Shown: positions 38,875 to 48,747 of the stretch, one piece after another
Position numbering within the stretch: the first letter of the stretch is position 1
Layout of the letters: every line of letters starts with the position of its first letter
Assembly (NCBI GenBank): GCA_963674745.2
Contig: CAXXDV010000001.1
Location: 64,001-128,000, forward strand
DNA from: Desulfosudaceae bacterium
GTDB taxonomy: Bacteria > Desulfobacterota > Desulfobacteria > Desulfobacterales > Desulfosudaceae
Direction: 5' to 3'
Length of the DNA stretch: 64,000 bases
Translations under genes and position numbers: made by a program
Notes under the pieces: generated by a model
What the model saw: the letters and a program-made list of their open reading frames with translations, nothing else
What the model was told of the DNA's origin: nothing
Databases searched by the model: none

Positions 38875-38927
38875 AAAACAAAAAAGCCACAAAGGCACCG
38901 TTTTCCGGTGTTAAACCTTCATGGCTT
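38875..38927 (-). terminator. terminator hairpin within the 5' leader of the TonB receptor gene
   Basis: Minus strand AGCCATGAAGG..CACCG-GAAAA-CGGTG..CCTTTGTGGCT followed by TTTTTGTTTT, about 60 nt before the ATG. Confidence 0.7.
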
Positions 38928-39070
38928 ATTTAACAGTCCGATTTTTATAAAAAATATTTTAACGCATGAATAGACGCCAGCGTAATTTCGTATTGCGCAT
39001 ATGCTCATTTTTTTTACCAAACGGATACTTTGCCTGTCAATAAAAAAATCAGACTATGGACCAACGGTTT

Positions 39071-39910
39071 TTATTCTTTTCTGACAATAACCACATCCTG
39101 GTTTTCCAGCGCGTCCGGCCTTCCTGACCATGATCCATAGTATACAGGCGCCGAAAGCGTCAGCCCGGTTTCCCGCAGGAGCCGCTGTATCTGGGGTTCT
39201 GAAAAGGCAATGGCCCTTTCCGGTGTCCGCCCGTCAATCGTGTAACCATCCGCGAGTTTTATGTTAAAATTCTGAGACGATTGGCCGGCGGCCGTCAGGC
39301 GGTCGGTTGTTTCGTCGACAATAAAGAAATTCAGCCAGGCCCGGCCGTTCTGCTTAAGAGCCCTTCTAATTTCTGACAGGTAGTGCCGCACTTCGTTCTC
39401 CCTCATGTGGGTGAATACGGATGTGGCAAAAGCAAAATCAATACTTTCATCATCGCATGGGAACACATAATCAACGGCGGAAATGCTGCCCCGGGGATTG
39501 TATTCTTTATTATAAATATCCGCGTAAAAAAAACAAAACCGTTGATTCAGGGAGCCGATGCGCTTTCGGCACCATCCAACGGCTTTTTGAGAAATATCAA
39601 ATCCAATATAACCGCCGTCTGTATCCAGGTACCCAAGCAGTGGCACGGCCATTCGGCCCGTTCCGCAGCCGATATCCAATACCGTTTCACCCGGTTTGAG
39701 GCCGCAAATACGGACAAAATGATCAACAAACGTCTGACCGATGACTTTAAAATCTCCGCCACCGACATAATGCAGGGCCCTGGGAGGCGTCAGGCTGTCC
39801 GCGGTGCCTCGAACCCTGTCCCCGGCATCCAGCACCGCCAGCCGGATATTTCTCAGCCATCTGACCAGGGGCCGGGGAAAAGCGTTGATATACTTTTCGA
39901 ACGCAAGCAT
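39071..39910 (-). CDS. class I SAM-dependent methyltransferase
   Basis: VLDIGCGTGR, GFDIS, FATSVFTH, YLSEIRRALK..G. Confidence 0.92.
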   Translation of the reverse strand: MLAFEKYINAFPRPLVRWLRNIRLAVLDAGDRVRGTADSLTPPRALHYVGGGDFKVIGQTFVDHFVRICGLKPGETVLDIGCGTGRMAVPLLGYLDTDGGYIGFDISQKAVGWCRKRIGSLNQRFCFFYADIYNKEYNPRGSISAVDYVFPCDDESIDFAFATSVFTHMRENEVRHYLSEIRRALKQNGRAWLNFFIVDETTDRLTAAGQSSQNFNIKLADGYTIDGRTPERAIAFSEPQIQRLLRETGLTLSAPVYYGSWSGRPDALENQDVVIVRKE

Positions 39911-39973
39911 ACTGTGTTATCCTTGTTGTCGCTTTTTACGGGTCCTCAAACACGTTGATATAAGGTTGACGCT

Positions 39974-40978
39974 ATGAAACGTTTACATAAATTATTGCCG
40001 AATGCAAACGTCTTTCCTGCCCTGGCGACCGTGCTGTTTTTAACAGCCCTCTGCGCATGTAACATATTACCGGAAAAAAAGTTGTATGGCGATCCCACCC
40101 CAATACCGGAAGGGCAATCCCCGGTGGATGTGGTTCGAATTATTCAAAATGAATTCATCCAGCTGAAAAAACCGATCTTAAAAAAAATCAGGCATCACAA
40201 ACAATGGAAAAAACGCAGATTTGCGGATTCGACATACACCTACGGCCCTTTTGAGGAAGTGGTGCTGACCCGTGAAGCGTATGCTTTCTATAAAAAGCAT
40301 ACCGCCAGAGAGATATTCACCGCCGTGACCCCCCTGTTGTTTGATTCCCGTATCGGCGGAGAAGTCGCCGTCCTGCTCTCCGGCATCCCCGCAAAAAACC
40401 TGGAATCCGCCTCACGCCGCCATGCCGGCGACCTCTTGCTGGAAATGGGATATGCATCTCCGGAAAATAAGGGGGCCTGGGATATTACAAGCTATAAGGG
40501 CAGCAGCTTAATCGGTTATCCCGGAGTCTATCATGATGCTTATGAAATGCCGGTTGAAGGCACCCTGGATTACGCCATTTATTCGGTGTTAAAAGAAGAA
40601 TACAGCGTCCGCAAACATCCCAAAAAGGAATACTTTGAACCGTTTGCTGCCAAGCTTGAAGGCAAAACGTTTAAAACCCTGGATGAATTCATAAAGACAG
40701 ACATGAAGCCCCGACCGTCAGAAGAATTCGCACAATTTCTTGCCATCCATTCCGATCTTTTCTCATCAACTGTTTTGCTGGCCTCGGTGCGGAACAATTC
40801 AATCGCACTGATGTGGTCATTGGGTCTTGAAAATGAATTCTGGCCTCGCTCTATCTATGACGCCGCGTTTGATCACACGCCATTCCGGATGGATAAATTC
40901 AGACGCCAGATGCGGCAAATGGAAGACACCTTTTTACAAACAGCCGGAACACGGATTTATCAGGCTTATAAAAAATAA
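39974..40978 (+). CDS. hypothetical lipoprotein
   Basis: 334-aa ORF with lipobox LCAC; no family recognised. Confidence 0.65.
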   Translation: MKRLHKLLPNANVFPALATVLFLTALCACNILPEKKLYGDPTPIPEGQSPVDVVRIIQNEFIQLKKPILKKIRHHKQWKKRRFADSTYTYGPFEEVVLTREAYAFYKKHTAREIFTAVTPLLFDSRIGGEVAVLLSGIPAKNLESASRRHAGDLLLEMGYASPENKGAWDITSYKGSSLIGYPGVYHDAYEMPVEGTLDYAIYSVLKEEYSVRKHPKKEYFEPFAAKLEGKTFKTLDEFIKTDMKPRPSEEFAQFLAIHSDLFSSTVLLASVRNNSIALMWSLGLENEFWPRSIYDAAFDHTPFRMDKFRRQMRQMEDTFLQTAGTRIYQAYKK

Positions 40979-40980
40979 AT

Positions 40981-41117
40981 AGGGGTTCGGGGTTCAGGGT
41001 TTGCAATCCAAACCGATTTTTTCATGTAGGGGCACCCCCCTGTGGGTGCCCTTTCATCGTGCGGCCACAGGGGGCCTTCCCCCACATAATCACCTAAACA
41101 CTTAAACACTTAATCAC
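40981..41117. repeat. GTAG-REP doublet abutting a family A octamer arm
   Basis: GTAG-GGGCACCC-CCCTGT-GGGTGCCC (41026-41051), degenerate inverted partner to 41085, then ATAATCAC CTAAACAC TTAAACAC TTAATCAC. Confidence 0.75.
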
Positions 41118-41129
41118 CCAACCACGCCA

Positions 41130-41909
41130 TTACCAGTGCATGCGCTGGGGCACCCCCCTGGAATCCAAAAACTGCTTAATCCCCTCAATGGTATAGGTGC
41201 CGTAATGCACCATGGAAGCGATCAGGGCGGCATCGGCCTTGCCTTCGGTCAGGGCTTCATAAAGGTGGGCCGGTTCACCGGCACCGCCTGAGGCGATAAC
41301 CGGGATGGACACGTTTTCGGAGATCAGCCGGGTCAATTCAATATCATAACCCTGGCGCACGCCGTCGGCATCAATGGAATTTAAGCATATCTCACCCGCC
41401 CCGCGTTCCTGCCCTTCTCTGGCCCAGTTGACGGCATCAATACCCATGTATTTCCGTCCGCCGTTGATGACGATTTCAAAACCCGAGGGAATGGCGGCGC
41501 TCTTTTCCACGCGTTTGACATCCATGCCCAGCACCACGCACTGGTTCCCGAATTTCACGGCCCCTTCGGTGATGATGTCCGGGTTCTGGACCGCCGAGGA
41601 ATTGACACTTATTTTTTCCGCGCCGGCCAGCAGCGTATCCCGCATATCCTGGACCGTACGGATACCGCCGCCCACCGAAAAAGGGATAAAAATCGTTTCC
41701 GCCACCGCCCGCACCACGTCGATCATGAGATTTCTTTTTTCATGGGAAGCGGTAATATCGTAAAACACGAGTTCATCGGCACCGGCCTCATAATACATCC
41801 GGGCCATCTCGACCGGATCGCCGATATCGACATTGTTCTTGAATTTTATCCCTTTGGTTGTCCGGCCTTCCCGGACATCGAGACAGGGAATGATGCGTTT
41901 GCTCAGCAT
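41130..41909 (-). CDS. hisF: imidazole glycerol phosphate synthase cyclase subunit
   Basis: [40 protein letters not shown]. Confidence 0.97.
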   Translation of the reverse strand: MLSKRIIPCLDVREGRTTKGIKFKNNVDIGDPVEMARMYYEAGADELVFYDITASHEKRNLMIDVVRAVAETIFIPFSVGGGIRTVQDMRDTLLAGAEKISVNSSAVQNPDIITEGAVKFGNQCVVLGMDVKRVEKSAAIPSGFEIVINGGRKYMGIDAVNWAREGQERGAGEICLNSIDADGVRQGYDIELTRLISENVSIPVIASGGAGEPAHLYEALTEGKADAALIASMVHYGTYTIEGIKQFLDSRGVPQRMHW

Positions 41910-42532
41910 GGCGACCACCTGCAGAAATTTTCCAGCAACCGTAACCCCTGAGGCCCGCTCTTTTCCGGGTGGAACTGTGTGGCGATGACATTGCCAAGGC
42001 CCATGACGGAGGCAAAAGAGATACCGTAATCCGTAACAGCCAGGCAGTCTTCCTCATTTTGCGGCGCCGGATAGTAGCTGTGAACAAAATAAAAACTGTC
42101 GTCCGGTTCGATCCCCTCCAGAACCGGGTGGACACCTTTTATCTGGATGGTGTTCCAGCCCATGTGGGGTATTTTCAGGGCCGTGCCATCCTGGTCTTTC
42201 ATCCCGGTGGAAAAGGGTCGGACGTCCCCTTTGACAATCCCCAGACAGGGGCAATCATTTTCATAACTGAATTCCAGAATGATCTGGGTGCCCAGGCAAA
42301 TTCCCAGCAGAGGTGTCTCACGGGAAGCGACCTGCTTGACGGCTTCTCCCAGACCGGTTTTTGTCAGTACATCCATGGCAGCACCGGCAGCGCCCACCCC
42401 GGGGAATATAACACGTTCGGCAGCCAGGATGTCGTCCGGATTTTTGGTCACCCGATTCGGTTGCCCGATATAATCCAGGGCACGGGCGACACTGGTCAGG
42501 TTGCCGGCTTCATAGTCAACAATGGCAATCAT
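41903..42532 (-). CDS. hisH: imidazole glycerol phosphate synthase glutaminase subunit
   Basis: FPGVG, GICLG, PHMGWN, YFVHSY, QFHPEKS. Confidence 0.97.
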   Translation of the reverse strand: MIAIVDYEAGNLTSVARALDYIGQPNRVTKNPDDILAAERVIFPGVGAAGAAMDVLTKTGLGEAVKQVASRETPLLGICLGTQIILEFSYENDCPCLGIVKGDVRPFSTGMKDQDGTALKIPHMGWNTIQIKGVHPVLEGIEPDDSFYFVHSYYPAPQNEEDCLAVTDYGISFASVMGLGNVIATQFHPEKSGPQGLRLLENFCRWSPC

Positions 42533-43335
42533 CCGGTTGCCTCCTTGGCCTTGTCCCAGAGCGTGTCCAGGGTATTAAAATCCGTTCCCTCAACTGTTTC
42601 ACCTTTCTCTGCCAGTATGGATTCCATATATTTGAACCGCCTTACGAACTTATTGACCGCCTCGGTCAGGGCGACTTCCGGGTGAATCTTCAAAAACCGG
42701 GCCAGGTTGACAAAGGTAAAAAAAACATCACCGAACTCGTTTTGTATCCTGTCGGCATCATCCAGCGCGATGGCGGATTCAAGCTCCGCTGTTTCCTCTT
42801 TTACCTTGTCCATTACGCCGGTCACATCCGGCCAGTCAAACCCGACCCTGGCGGCCCGGGTCGTCAGCCGGTATGCCCGCAGCAGGGCCGGCATGCCCTT
42901 CGGGACCGTGTCCATTGTTGAAACCGGCTCTTTTCCTTCTTTTTCCTGCAGTTTGATCTGGTGCCATCTTCTTTTAACATCTTCGACGGTGTCCGCCGCT
43001 TTATCACCAAACACATGCGGATGTCGGCGGATCATTTTTTCAGCAGAGATATCGGCCGCATCGGACAGGGAAAACAAATGTCTGGATTCGTAAATGGCGG
43101 CGATAAAAAGCACCTGGAACAAAACATCTCCCAGTTCTTCACCTATTTTAACCGGGTCGTCTTCTTCAATGGCGTCGATCAGTTCGTAAACTTCCTCCAC
43201 CAGGTAGGTGGTCATGGATCGGGGGGTCTGCTTCCGATCCCAGGGACAGCCCTCATCGCCCCTTAATATAGCAATGATTGTTTTCAGCCTGTCAATGGCG
43301 GAAGGTGCCGCGTTTATTTGTTCTGACTTTTCCAA
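42529..43335 (-). CDS. mazG: nucleoside triphosphate pyrophosphohydrolase MazG
   Basis: GCPWDRKQT, EELGDVL, KMIRRHPHVF, GFDW, EFGD, KF.RRF. Confidence 0.96.
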   Translation of the reverse strand: MEKSEQINAAPSAIDRLKTIIAILRGDEGCPWDRKQTPRSMTTYLVEEVYELIDAIEEDDPVKIGEELGDVLFQVLFIAAIYESRHLFSLSDAADISAEKMIRRHPHVFGDKAADTVEDVKRRWHQIKLQEKEGKEPVSTMDTVPKGMPALLRAYRLTTRAARVGFDWPDVTGVMDKVKEETAELESAIALDDADRIQNEFGDVFFTFVNLARFLKIHPEVALTEAVNKFVRRFKYMESILAEKGETVEGTDFNTLDTLWDKAKEATG

Positions 43336-43844
43336 CTCTTCCGTACCTTGTCTATCTTCGTACCGACCTTATCCGGGAACCCGGACGAAGCAACCCCGGC
43401 CATGGCCTCGGTTGCCGTGATCACGTATCCGTATAACATGGACTGCTTCATATGCGGCGTGGCCGGATGGACAAACCGCGCAACTACAAAAAAAACAACG
43501 CCCAGCAGAAGCGCGCTCTTCAATGCGCCAAAGCCCGCACCCAGCAGACGATCCACCCAGCCCAGCATGGTCACCCCAAGGGCCCACCGGATCAGAATGG
43601 CCACCAGATGAACCGCAACCAACACACCGCAAAAAACAACCGCAAAGCCGATAACATCGGCATAAGCACTGCCGGCAATCTTTGCCGGAAACAGCCGGAC
43701 GGCCCGGGAACCGAACATCAGGGCAGCGTAGAATCCGGCCACAACGCCGATAATCGACGCCAGCTCACGGGTTAACCCTCTGAAAATGCCGCGAATCACA
43801 AAAACAGCGGTCACGACGACAATAATCATATCAATAATATTCAC
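43314..43844 (-). CDS. cvpA: CvpA family membrane protein
   Basis: D..I..RG..RGL.RE, DRLLGA.FG.LK; GTG start at 43844 is inferred. Confidence 0.9.
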   Translation of the reverse strand: MNIIDMIIVVVTAVFVIRGIFRGLTRELASIIGVVAGFYAALMFGSRAVRLFPAKIAGSAYADVIGFAVVFCGVLVAVHLVAILIRWALGVTMLGWVDRLLGAGFGALKSALLLGVVFFVVARFVHPATPHMKQSMLYGYVITATEAMAGVASSGFPDKVGTKIDKVRKSWKSQNK

Positions 43845-44018
43845 CAGCGGCCCGCCTGCATAATGAAATATCCGGATCAACACCCGGTCAACGTTTTTTT
43901 ATCATATCGAACAAAATTTGCAACACTGCTTTTTTGGTGTATAATTGATCATGTTTATGTAACGATTGGTTGTATTAAGCAAATTGCGTAATTTTCAGTG
44001 CAGTCGGTGGCTTTGAAA

Positions 44019-44042
44019 GGGTTCAAGGATTCAAGGGGTCGA
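44019..44042. repeat. family B octamer half-element just upstream of phoH
   Basis: GGGTTCAA GGATTCAA GGGGTCGA, identical to 2456-2479. Confidence 0.75.
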
Positions 44043-44058
44043 ATAAACAAGGACATAA

Positions 44059-45039
44059 ATGCACGCTCAGGCAACGGTTGAAAAACCCTTACAGATAGAC
44101 TTTTCGGATATTGATCTGGCCAGACAACTTTTTGGTGAACATGGCTCCCACCTTAAGAGAATCGGTAAGGGGCTCCGTGTTAAGATCAATGCCAGGGGTG
44201 AAACCGTTTTTATAACAGGTGACACCCTGGCCGTTGAGCTGGCCGCAAATGTGCTCCGCCAACTTTACGCCCTGCTGGAAGAAAACTACCCTGTCTATGA
44301 AACGGATATTGATCATGCCGTCAAGGCCCTTCGTGAGGACAGTAAAACCAACTTAAAAGACCTCTTTCTGGAAACCGTATACGTAACCGCCAAAAAACGG
44401 CCGATCACCCCCCGAAGCGCGAATCAGAAAGCTTATATCGAGGCCATCCGGAAGTACGATATGGTCTTCGGTATCGGACCGGCCGGAACGGGTAAAACCT
44501 ATCTGGCCATGGCCATGGCCGTGGCGGCGTTCAAGGCCAATCTGGTCAGTCGCATTATTCTGACCCGGCCGGCCGTGGAAGCCGGAGAGGCCCTGGGGTT
44601 TCTGCCCGGAGACCTGGCTGAAAAAGTGGACCCTTATCTGCGACCGCTTTATGACGCGCTTTATGAAATGATGAGTTTTGAAAAAATCGCCGCCCTGATG
44701 GACAAAAAAGCCATTGAAGTGGCGCCGTTGGCCTTTATGCGGGGACGAACGCTGAACGACTCTTTTGTTATCCTCGACGAAGCCCAGAACACCACCTCAC
44801 AGCAGATGAAAATGTTTCTCACCCGGATCGGATTCAATTCCAAGGCCGTTATTACCGGTGACATTACACAGATTGATCTGCCCGGGGGAAAGCCCTCGGG
44901 ACTGATTGAAGCCAATGAAATTCTTCAAAATATCGAAGGGTTAAAGTTTGTCTACTTTTCAAAAAAAGATGTCGTCAGACACAGCCTGGTAGAAAAAATT
45001 ATTGCCGCCTACGAAGAAAACGATCTGGACCAAAAATGA
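44059..45039 (+). CDS. phoH: PhoH family ATPase
   Basis: GPAGTGKTYLA, RPAVEAGE.LGFLPG, LAFMRGRTL, DEAQN, DVVRH. Confidence 0.96.
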   Translation: MHAQATVEKPLQIDFSDIDLARQLFGEHGSHLKRIGKGLRVKINARGETVFITGDTLAVELAANVLRQLYALLEENYPVYETDIDHAVKALREDSKTNLKDLFLETVYVTAKKRPITPRSANQKAYIEAIRKYDMVFGIGPAGTGKTYLAMAMAVAAFKANLVSRIILTRPAVEAGEALGFLPGDLAEKVDPYLRPLYDALYEMMSFEKIAALMDKKAIEVAPLAFMRGRTLNDSFVILDEAQNTTSQQMKMFLTRIGFNSKAVITGDITQIDLPGGKPSGLIEANEILQNIEGLKFVYFSKKDVVRHSLVEKIIAAYEENDLDQK

Positions 45040-45284
45040 GCAAACCCGCGGGCTGACAGCGGTCCGACAGGTTCGGCAGGGCCGGCGGGCCCTTCGCCCG
45101 AAAGAACAACTAATTGAAAAAACTAATAAATATAGGAAAATCGTTTTTTTCTTGCAAAACACCATCGGTATTTTATAAAACCATCCATGCAACTTATTAA
45201 AAAAAAATTGTTGATCATATACGACAAAACAGACAGCCAAATCATAAGTTAACCTGTTAAGGCTAACCTTTTCGTATTTCCACC

Positions 45285-47657
45285 ATGAAAAACAAATCCT
45301 TCAAGAACCGTTTTGCTTTACCCCAGGACAGTAAAACGTATAAGTGGATATTAATGGCGGCAACCGCCATCGTCTTTGCCGGAACTTTTTTTTCATCAAG
45401 CCTGCCGGATCATTTTTACGGCTATAAAGTCAATGATATCGCAAGGGAAGACATCAAGGCACCGACCGACTTCCTCATCAATGACACCATTGCCACGGAA
45501 GAAAAGCGCCGGGAGGTCACCCAGAAAACGTTGACGGTTTATGATTACAATGACCGGCTTTCCAACCAGATTAAACAACGGTTGGCCGTCAGTTTTGACA
45601 CCGCCAGAAAAGAACAGGAGGAAAAAACAGAGCCCGTCAGTACCCAAAGCGGTCCCGCCATCGGCGGAAAAGAGCAGTTTGAAAAACTGCTGGGGATTCC
45701 CGTCAGTGACGGTGCCTATACCCTTCTGGAAAAGGAGCATTTTTCCAGAACCATAGAAGCCCTCATCTACCAGATCACCTCGGAGGTACTGGATAACGGC
45801 GTGGTAGCCGATAAAGAGACACTGCTCCGGGAAAAGGATAAAGGGATCATTTTAAGCCGGGTAAGCACCGACGAAGAAGAGGTCATTTTCAACCTCAGAC
45901 GTTTTTACGGACCGGATCAGGCACAGACCATGGTCCGCATCATCGGGGATCCGTTGCTGAACAAAATGGATTATTCGGTTAAAAACCTGATCGTAGATTT
46001 CAGCCAGAGGCTTTTATCCCCCAACGTCACCCTGAATGCCAACAAAACCGAAAAAATCAAAAACGAAGCCCGGGAAAGCGTTAAACCGATATTATTTGAA
46101 GTTAAAAAAGGGGAAATGATCATCCGGGAAGGCCAGAGGATTGCCGGGCAGCACCTGTTAAAACTCGAAGAACTCGAAAATCAGGCTAAAAGCCAGGTGC
46201 CCATATTTACCACCATTGGCGCCGCGTTTCTGGGGGCGCTTGTCCTGCTGGTAATTTTTCTGCGAAACTCGGAAAGTAAACAGCGGGGGGTTCTGGCCGA
46301 CAGTAAAAATCTGCTTTTTTTCGCCACCATGCTCTGTCTTTCATTCATTGCCGCCCGTTCTTCTCTTTCCCTAGCAAAAGCCATCGCCTTTAACGCATCA
46401 TCCGGCATAACACCGGAGTCCATTTTTCTGGCAATCCCCCTGGCCACCAGCGCCATGATTGTCTGTCTCTTCATGGACATCGAGTTAACCGCGTCTTTCG
46501 CCCTCATTCTGGCCTTGTGCACCGGTGCCATTTTTGAGAACCGGTTTGCGGTGTTTGTATATTCCATCCTGAACATGACCATGGCGGCCTACTGGATGCA
46601 GCACTGCCGTGAAAGAAAGGTGTTTATCAAAGCCGGCACCAAGCTGGGCCTTTTCAACATGGCGCTGGCTTTAGCACTGAATCTGTATTTTCAAAACACG
46701 GCCCCGACACGCATCCTGATTGACTGTGCCCTGGCTTTTTCAGGCGGTCTTCTGTCAGGTGTTCTGACCGCCGGCCTGGCACCCATCATCGAGATTGTTT
46801 TTAATTACACGACCGACATCAAACTGCTGGAACTGTCCAACCTCGACCAGCCCTTGATGCGAAAGCTGATGCTGGAAGCACCCGGAACATACCATCATTC
46901 GCTGATCGTCGGTTCCATGGTGGAAGCCGCCGCATCAGAGGTCGGCGCCAATCCCTTGCTGGCCAGGGTCTGCGGTTATTATCATGATATCGGCAAGACC
47001 ACCAAACCATTTTATTTTATTGAAAACCAGAAAGACGCGAAAAACAAGCATGAAAAACTGGCACCTTCCATGTCCAGCCTGGTGCTTATTTCCCATGTCA
47101 AGGAAGGCGTTGAGATTGCCAGGGAGCACAAGCTGGGAACGCCCGTCATCGATGCCATTCAGCAACACCACGGTACCAGCCTGATCACTTACTTTTATGA
47201 AAAAGCAAAACGCTTGAAAAAAGAAGAAAACGAAAAAAACCCGGGCAAGGAAAAAGAAATCAACGTGGATGATTTCAGATACCCGGGGCCCAAACCCCAA
47301 ACCAGGGAAGCCGGGCTGGTCATGCTGGCCGACATTGTTGAAGCGGCCGCCAGAACCCTTGAATCACCTACCTCTTCCCGGCTTCAGGGGTTGATACAGG
47401 ACTTAATCAACAAGACCTTTTCAGACGGTCAGCTGAACGAATGTGAATTAACGTTGAAAGACCTTAACAGCATCGCCAGAAGCTTTAATACCATTCTCTC
47501 CGGGATATACCATCACCGAATCGAATACCCCGGCACAGCCAACGGGAAAAAGAAAAATGGCAGTACTGATAAACAACAATCAAAAAAATCATCGTCTCCC
47601 CGTGCAGAAGATACAGAAGACAGCTCAGGCCGCCTTAAACGCCTTGGGCAATCCTGA
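45285..47657 (+). CDS. 7TM-HD phosphohydrolase (PgpH-like)
   Basis: Large extracytoplasmic domain, multiple TM helices, APGTYHHS, YYHDIGK, HHGT, FRYPGPKP, MLAD. Confidence 0.92.
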   Translation: MKNKSFKNRFALPQDSKTYKWILMAATAIVFAGTFFSSSLPDHFYGYKVNDIAREDIKAPTDFLINDTIATEEKRREVTQKTLTVYDYNDRLSNQIKQRLAVSFDTARKEQEEKTEPVSTQSGPAIGGKEQFEKLLGIPVSDGAYTLLEKEHFSRTIEALIYQITSEVLDNGVVADKETLLREKDKGIILSRVSTDEEEVIFNLRRFYGPDQAQTMVRIIGDPLLNKMDYSVKNLIVDFSQRLLSPNVTLNANKTEKIKNEARESVKPILFEVKKGEMIIREGQRIAGQHLLKLEELENQAKSQVPIFTTIGAAFLGALVLLVIFLRNSESKQRGVLADSKNLLFFATMLCLSFIAARSSLSLAKAIAFNASSGITPESIFLAIPLATSAMIVCLFMDIELTASFALILALCTGAIFENRFAVFVYSILNMTMAAYWMQHCRERKVFIKAGTKLGLFNMALALALNLYFQNTAPTRILIDCALAFSGGLLSGVLTAGLAPIIEIVFNYTTDIKLLELSNLDQPLMRKLMLEAPGTYHHSLIVGSMVEAAASEVGANPLLARVCGYYHDIGKTTKPFYFIENQKDAKNKHEKLAPSMSSLVLISHVKEGVEIAREHKLGTPVIDAIQQHHGTSLITYFYEKAKRLKKEENEKNPGKEKEINVDDFRYPGPKPQTREAGLVMLADIVEAAARTLESPTSSRLQGLIQDLINKTFSDGQLNECELTLKDLNSIARSFNTILSGIYHHRIEYPGTANGKKKNGSTDKQQSKKSSSPRAEDTEDSSGRLKRLGQS

Positions 47658-47997
47658 TGCCGAGCTTTCCCTTTTGATCACCGATGATACCGAAATCGCC
47701 CGATACAACAAAACATACTTGAACCGAAACGGCCCGACCAACGTCATTGCTTTTCCCATGACCGAAGGCGAATATCCTGACATCACCCCGGGCCTTCTGG
47801 GAGACGTGGTTGTCTCGGCTGACACCGCCGCCAGAGAAGCCGAAGAAATGGACATCAGCACCGAAGAACGTTTTACACAACTGTTGATTCATGGTATTTT
47901 GCATCTTCTGGGCTACGATCACGAAACTTCCGAAATTGATGCGGCGAAAATGGAACGCAAATCGGAAGAGCTGCTCGATACTATTGGCCCCCTCTAA
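47557..47997 (+). CDS. ybeY: rRNA maturation endonuclease YbeY
   Basis: PTNVIAF, LLGDVVVS, HGILHLLGYDH. Confidence 0.95.
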   Translation: MAVLINNNQKNHRLPVQKIQKTAQAALNALGNPDAELSLLITDDTEIARYNKTYLNRNGPTNVIAFPMTEGEYPDITPGLLGDVVVSADTAAREAEEMDISTEERFTQLLIHGILHLLGYDHETSEIDAAKMERKSEELLDTIGPL

Positions 47998-48026
47998 AAT
48001 CGAATAAACTTAGGAGGATATTTGTT

Positions 48027-48746
48027 ATGGCAGGACTGGCTGTCAATGTCGATCATATTGCTACTATCAGGCAGGCCAGAGGCGTGAGCTATCCTGACCC
48101 GGCCGCCGCGGCGGTTCTGGTTGAACTGGCCGGTGCCGACGGTGTAGTGGTTCATTTACGTGGCGACCGCCGGCATATCAATGACGACGATGTCAGAAAA
48201 GTGAAGCAGGTCATCAAGACCCGGTTGATTCTGGAAATGGCCGCTACTGATGAAATGGTTGAAATGGCGCTGGAAGTAACACCCGACCTGGTGACCCTGG
48301 TGCCTGAGACCCGGGAAGAGATAACCACTGAAGGCGGACTTAACCTGTCGGCAAATATAAAGAACACCACCCGCATAGTCGATAAACTGCAGTCAAACGA
48401 CATCCGGATCAGCATTTTTATCGACCCGGACACCGAACAGATCCGTCGCGTCCGGGATACCGGCGCCTCGATAATTGAAATTCACACCGGGGCCTTTTGC
48501 GATGCCGTGAGCAAAAAAGAAAAAACCGCCCAATTTGAAAAAATCAGGGCCGCGGTAAAAGTGGCCTATGACCTTGGCCTGGGCATCAACGCCGGGCACG
48601 GTATCTGTTACAACACCATCAAATGGTTTGCCGGCATGTCGGAAATCGATGAATTCAGCATCGGCCACAGTATTGTCTCCAGAGCCGCCATGGTCGGTAT
48701 GGACAGGGCGGTCAGGGATATGCTGGCGTTAATCAAGGGGCTTTAA
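48027..48746 (+). CDS. pdxJ: pyridoxine 5'-phosphate synthase
   Basis: VNVDHIATIRQAR, HLRGDRRHI, TTEGGL, EIHTG, AGHG, IGHSI. Confidence 0.96.
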   Translation: MAGLAVNVDHIATIRQARGVSYPDPAAAAVLVELAGADGVVVHLRGDRRHINDDDVRKVKQVIKTRLILEMAATDEMVEMALEVTPDLVTLVPETREEITTEGGLNLSANIKNTTRIVDKLQSNDIRISIFIDPDTEQIRRVRDTGASIIEIHTGAFCDAVSKKEKTAQFEKIRAAVKVAYDLGLGINAGHGICYNTIKWFAGMSEIDEFSIGHSIVSRAAMVGMDRAVRDMLALIKGL

Positions 48747-48747
48747 C

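Noticed and set aside
45045..45105. GC-rich stretch after phoH as a terminator or repeat
   Set aside because: No clean stem with a U-tract and no second copy in the window
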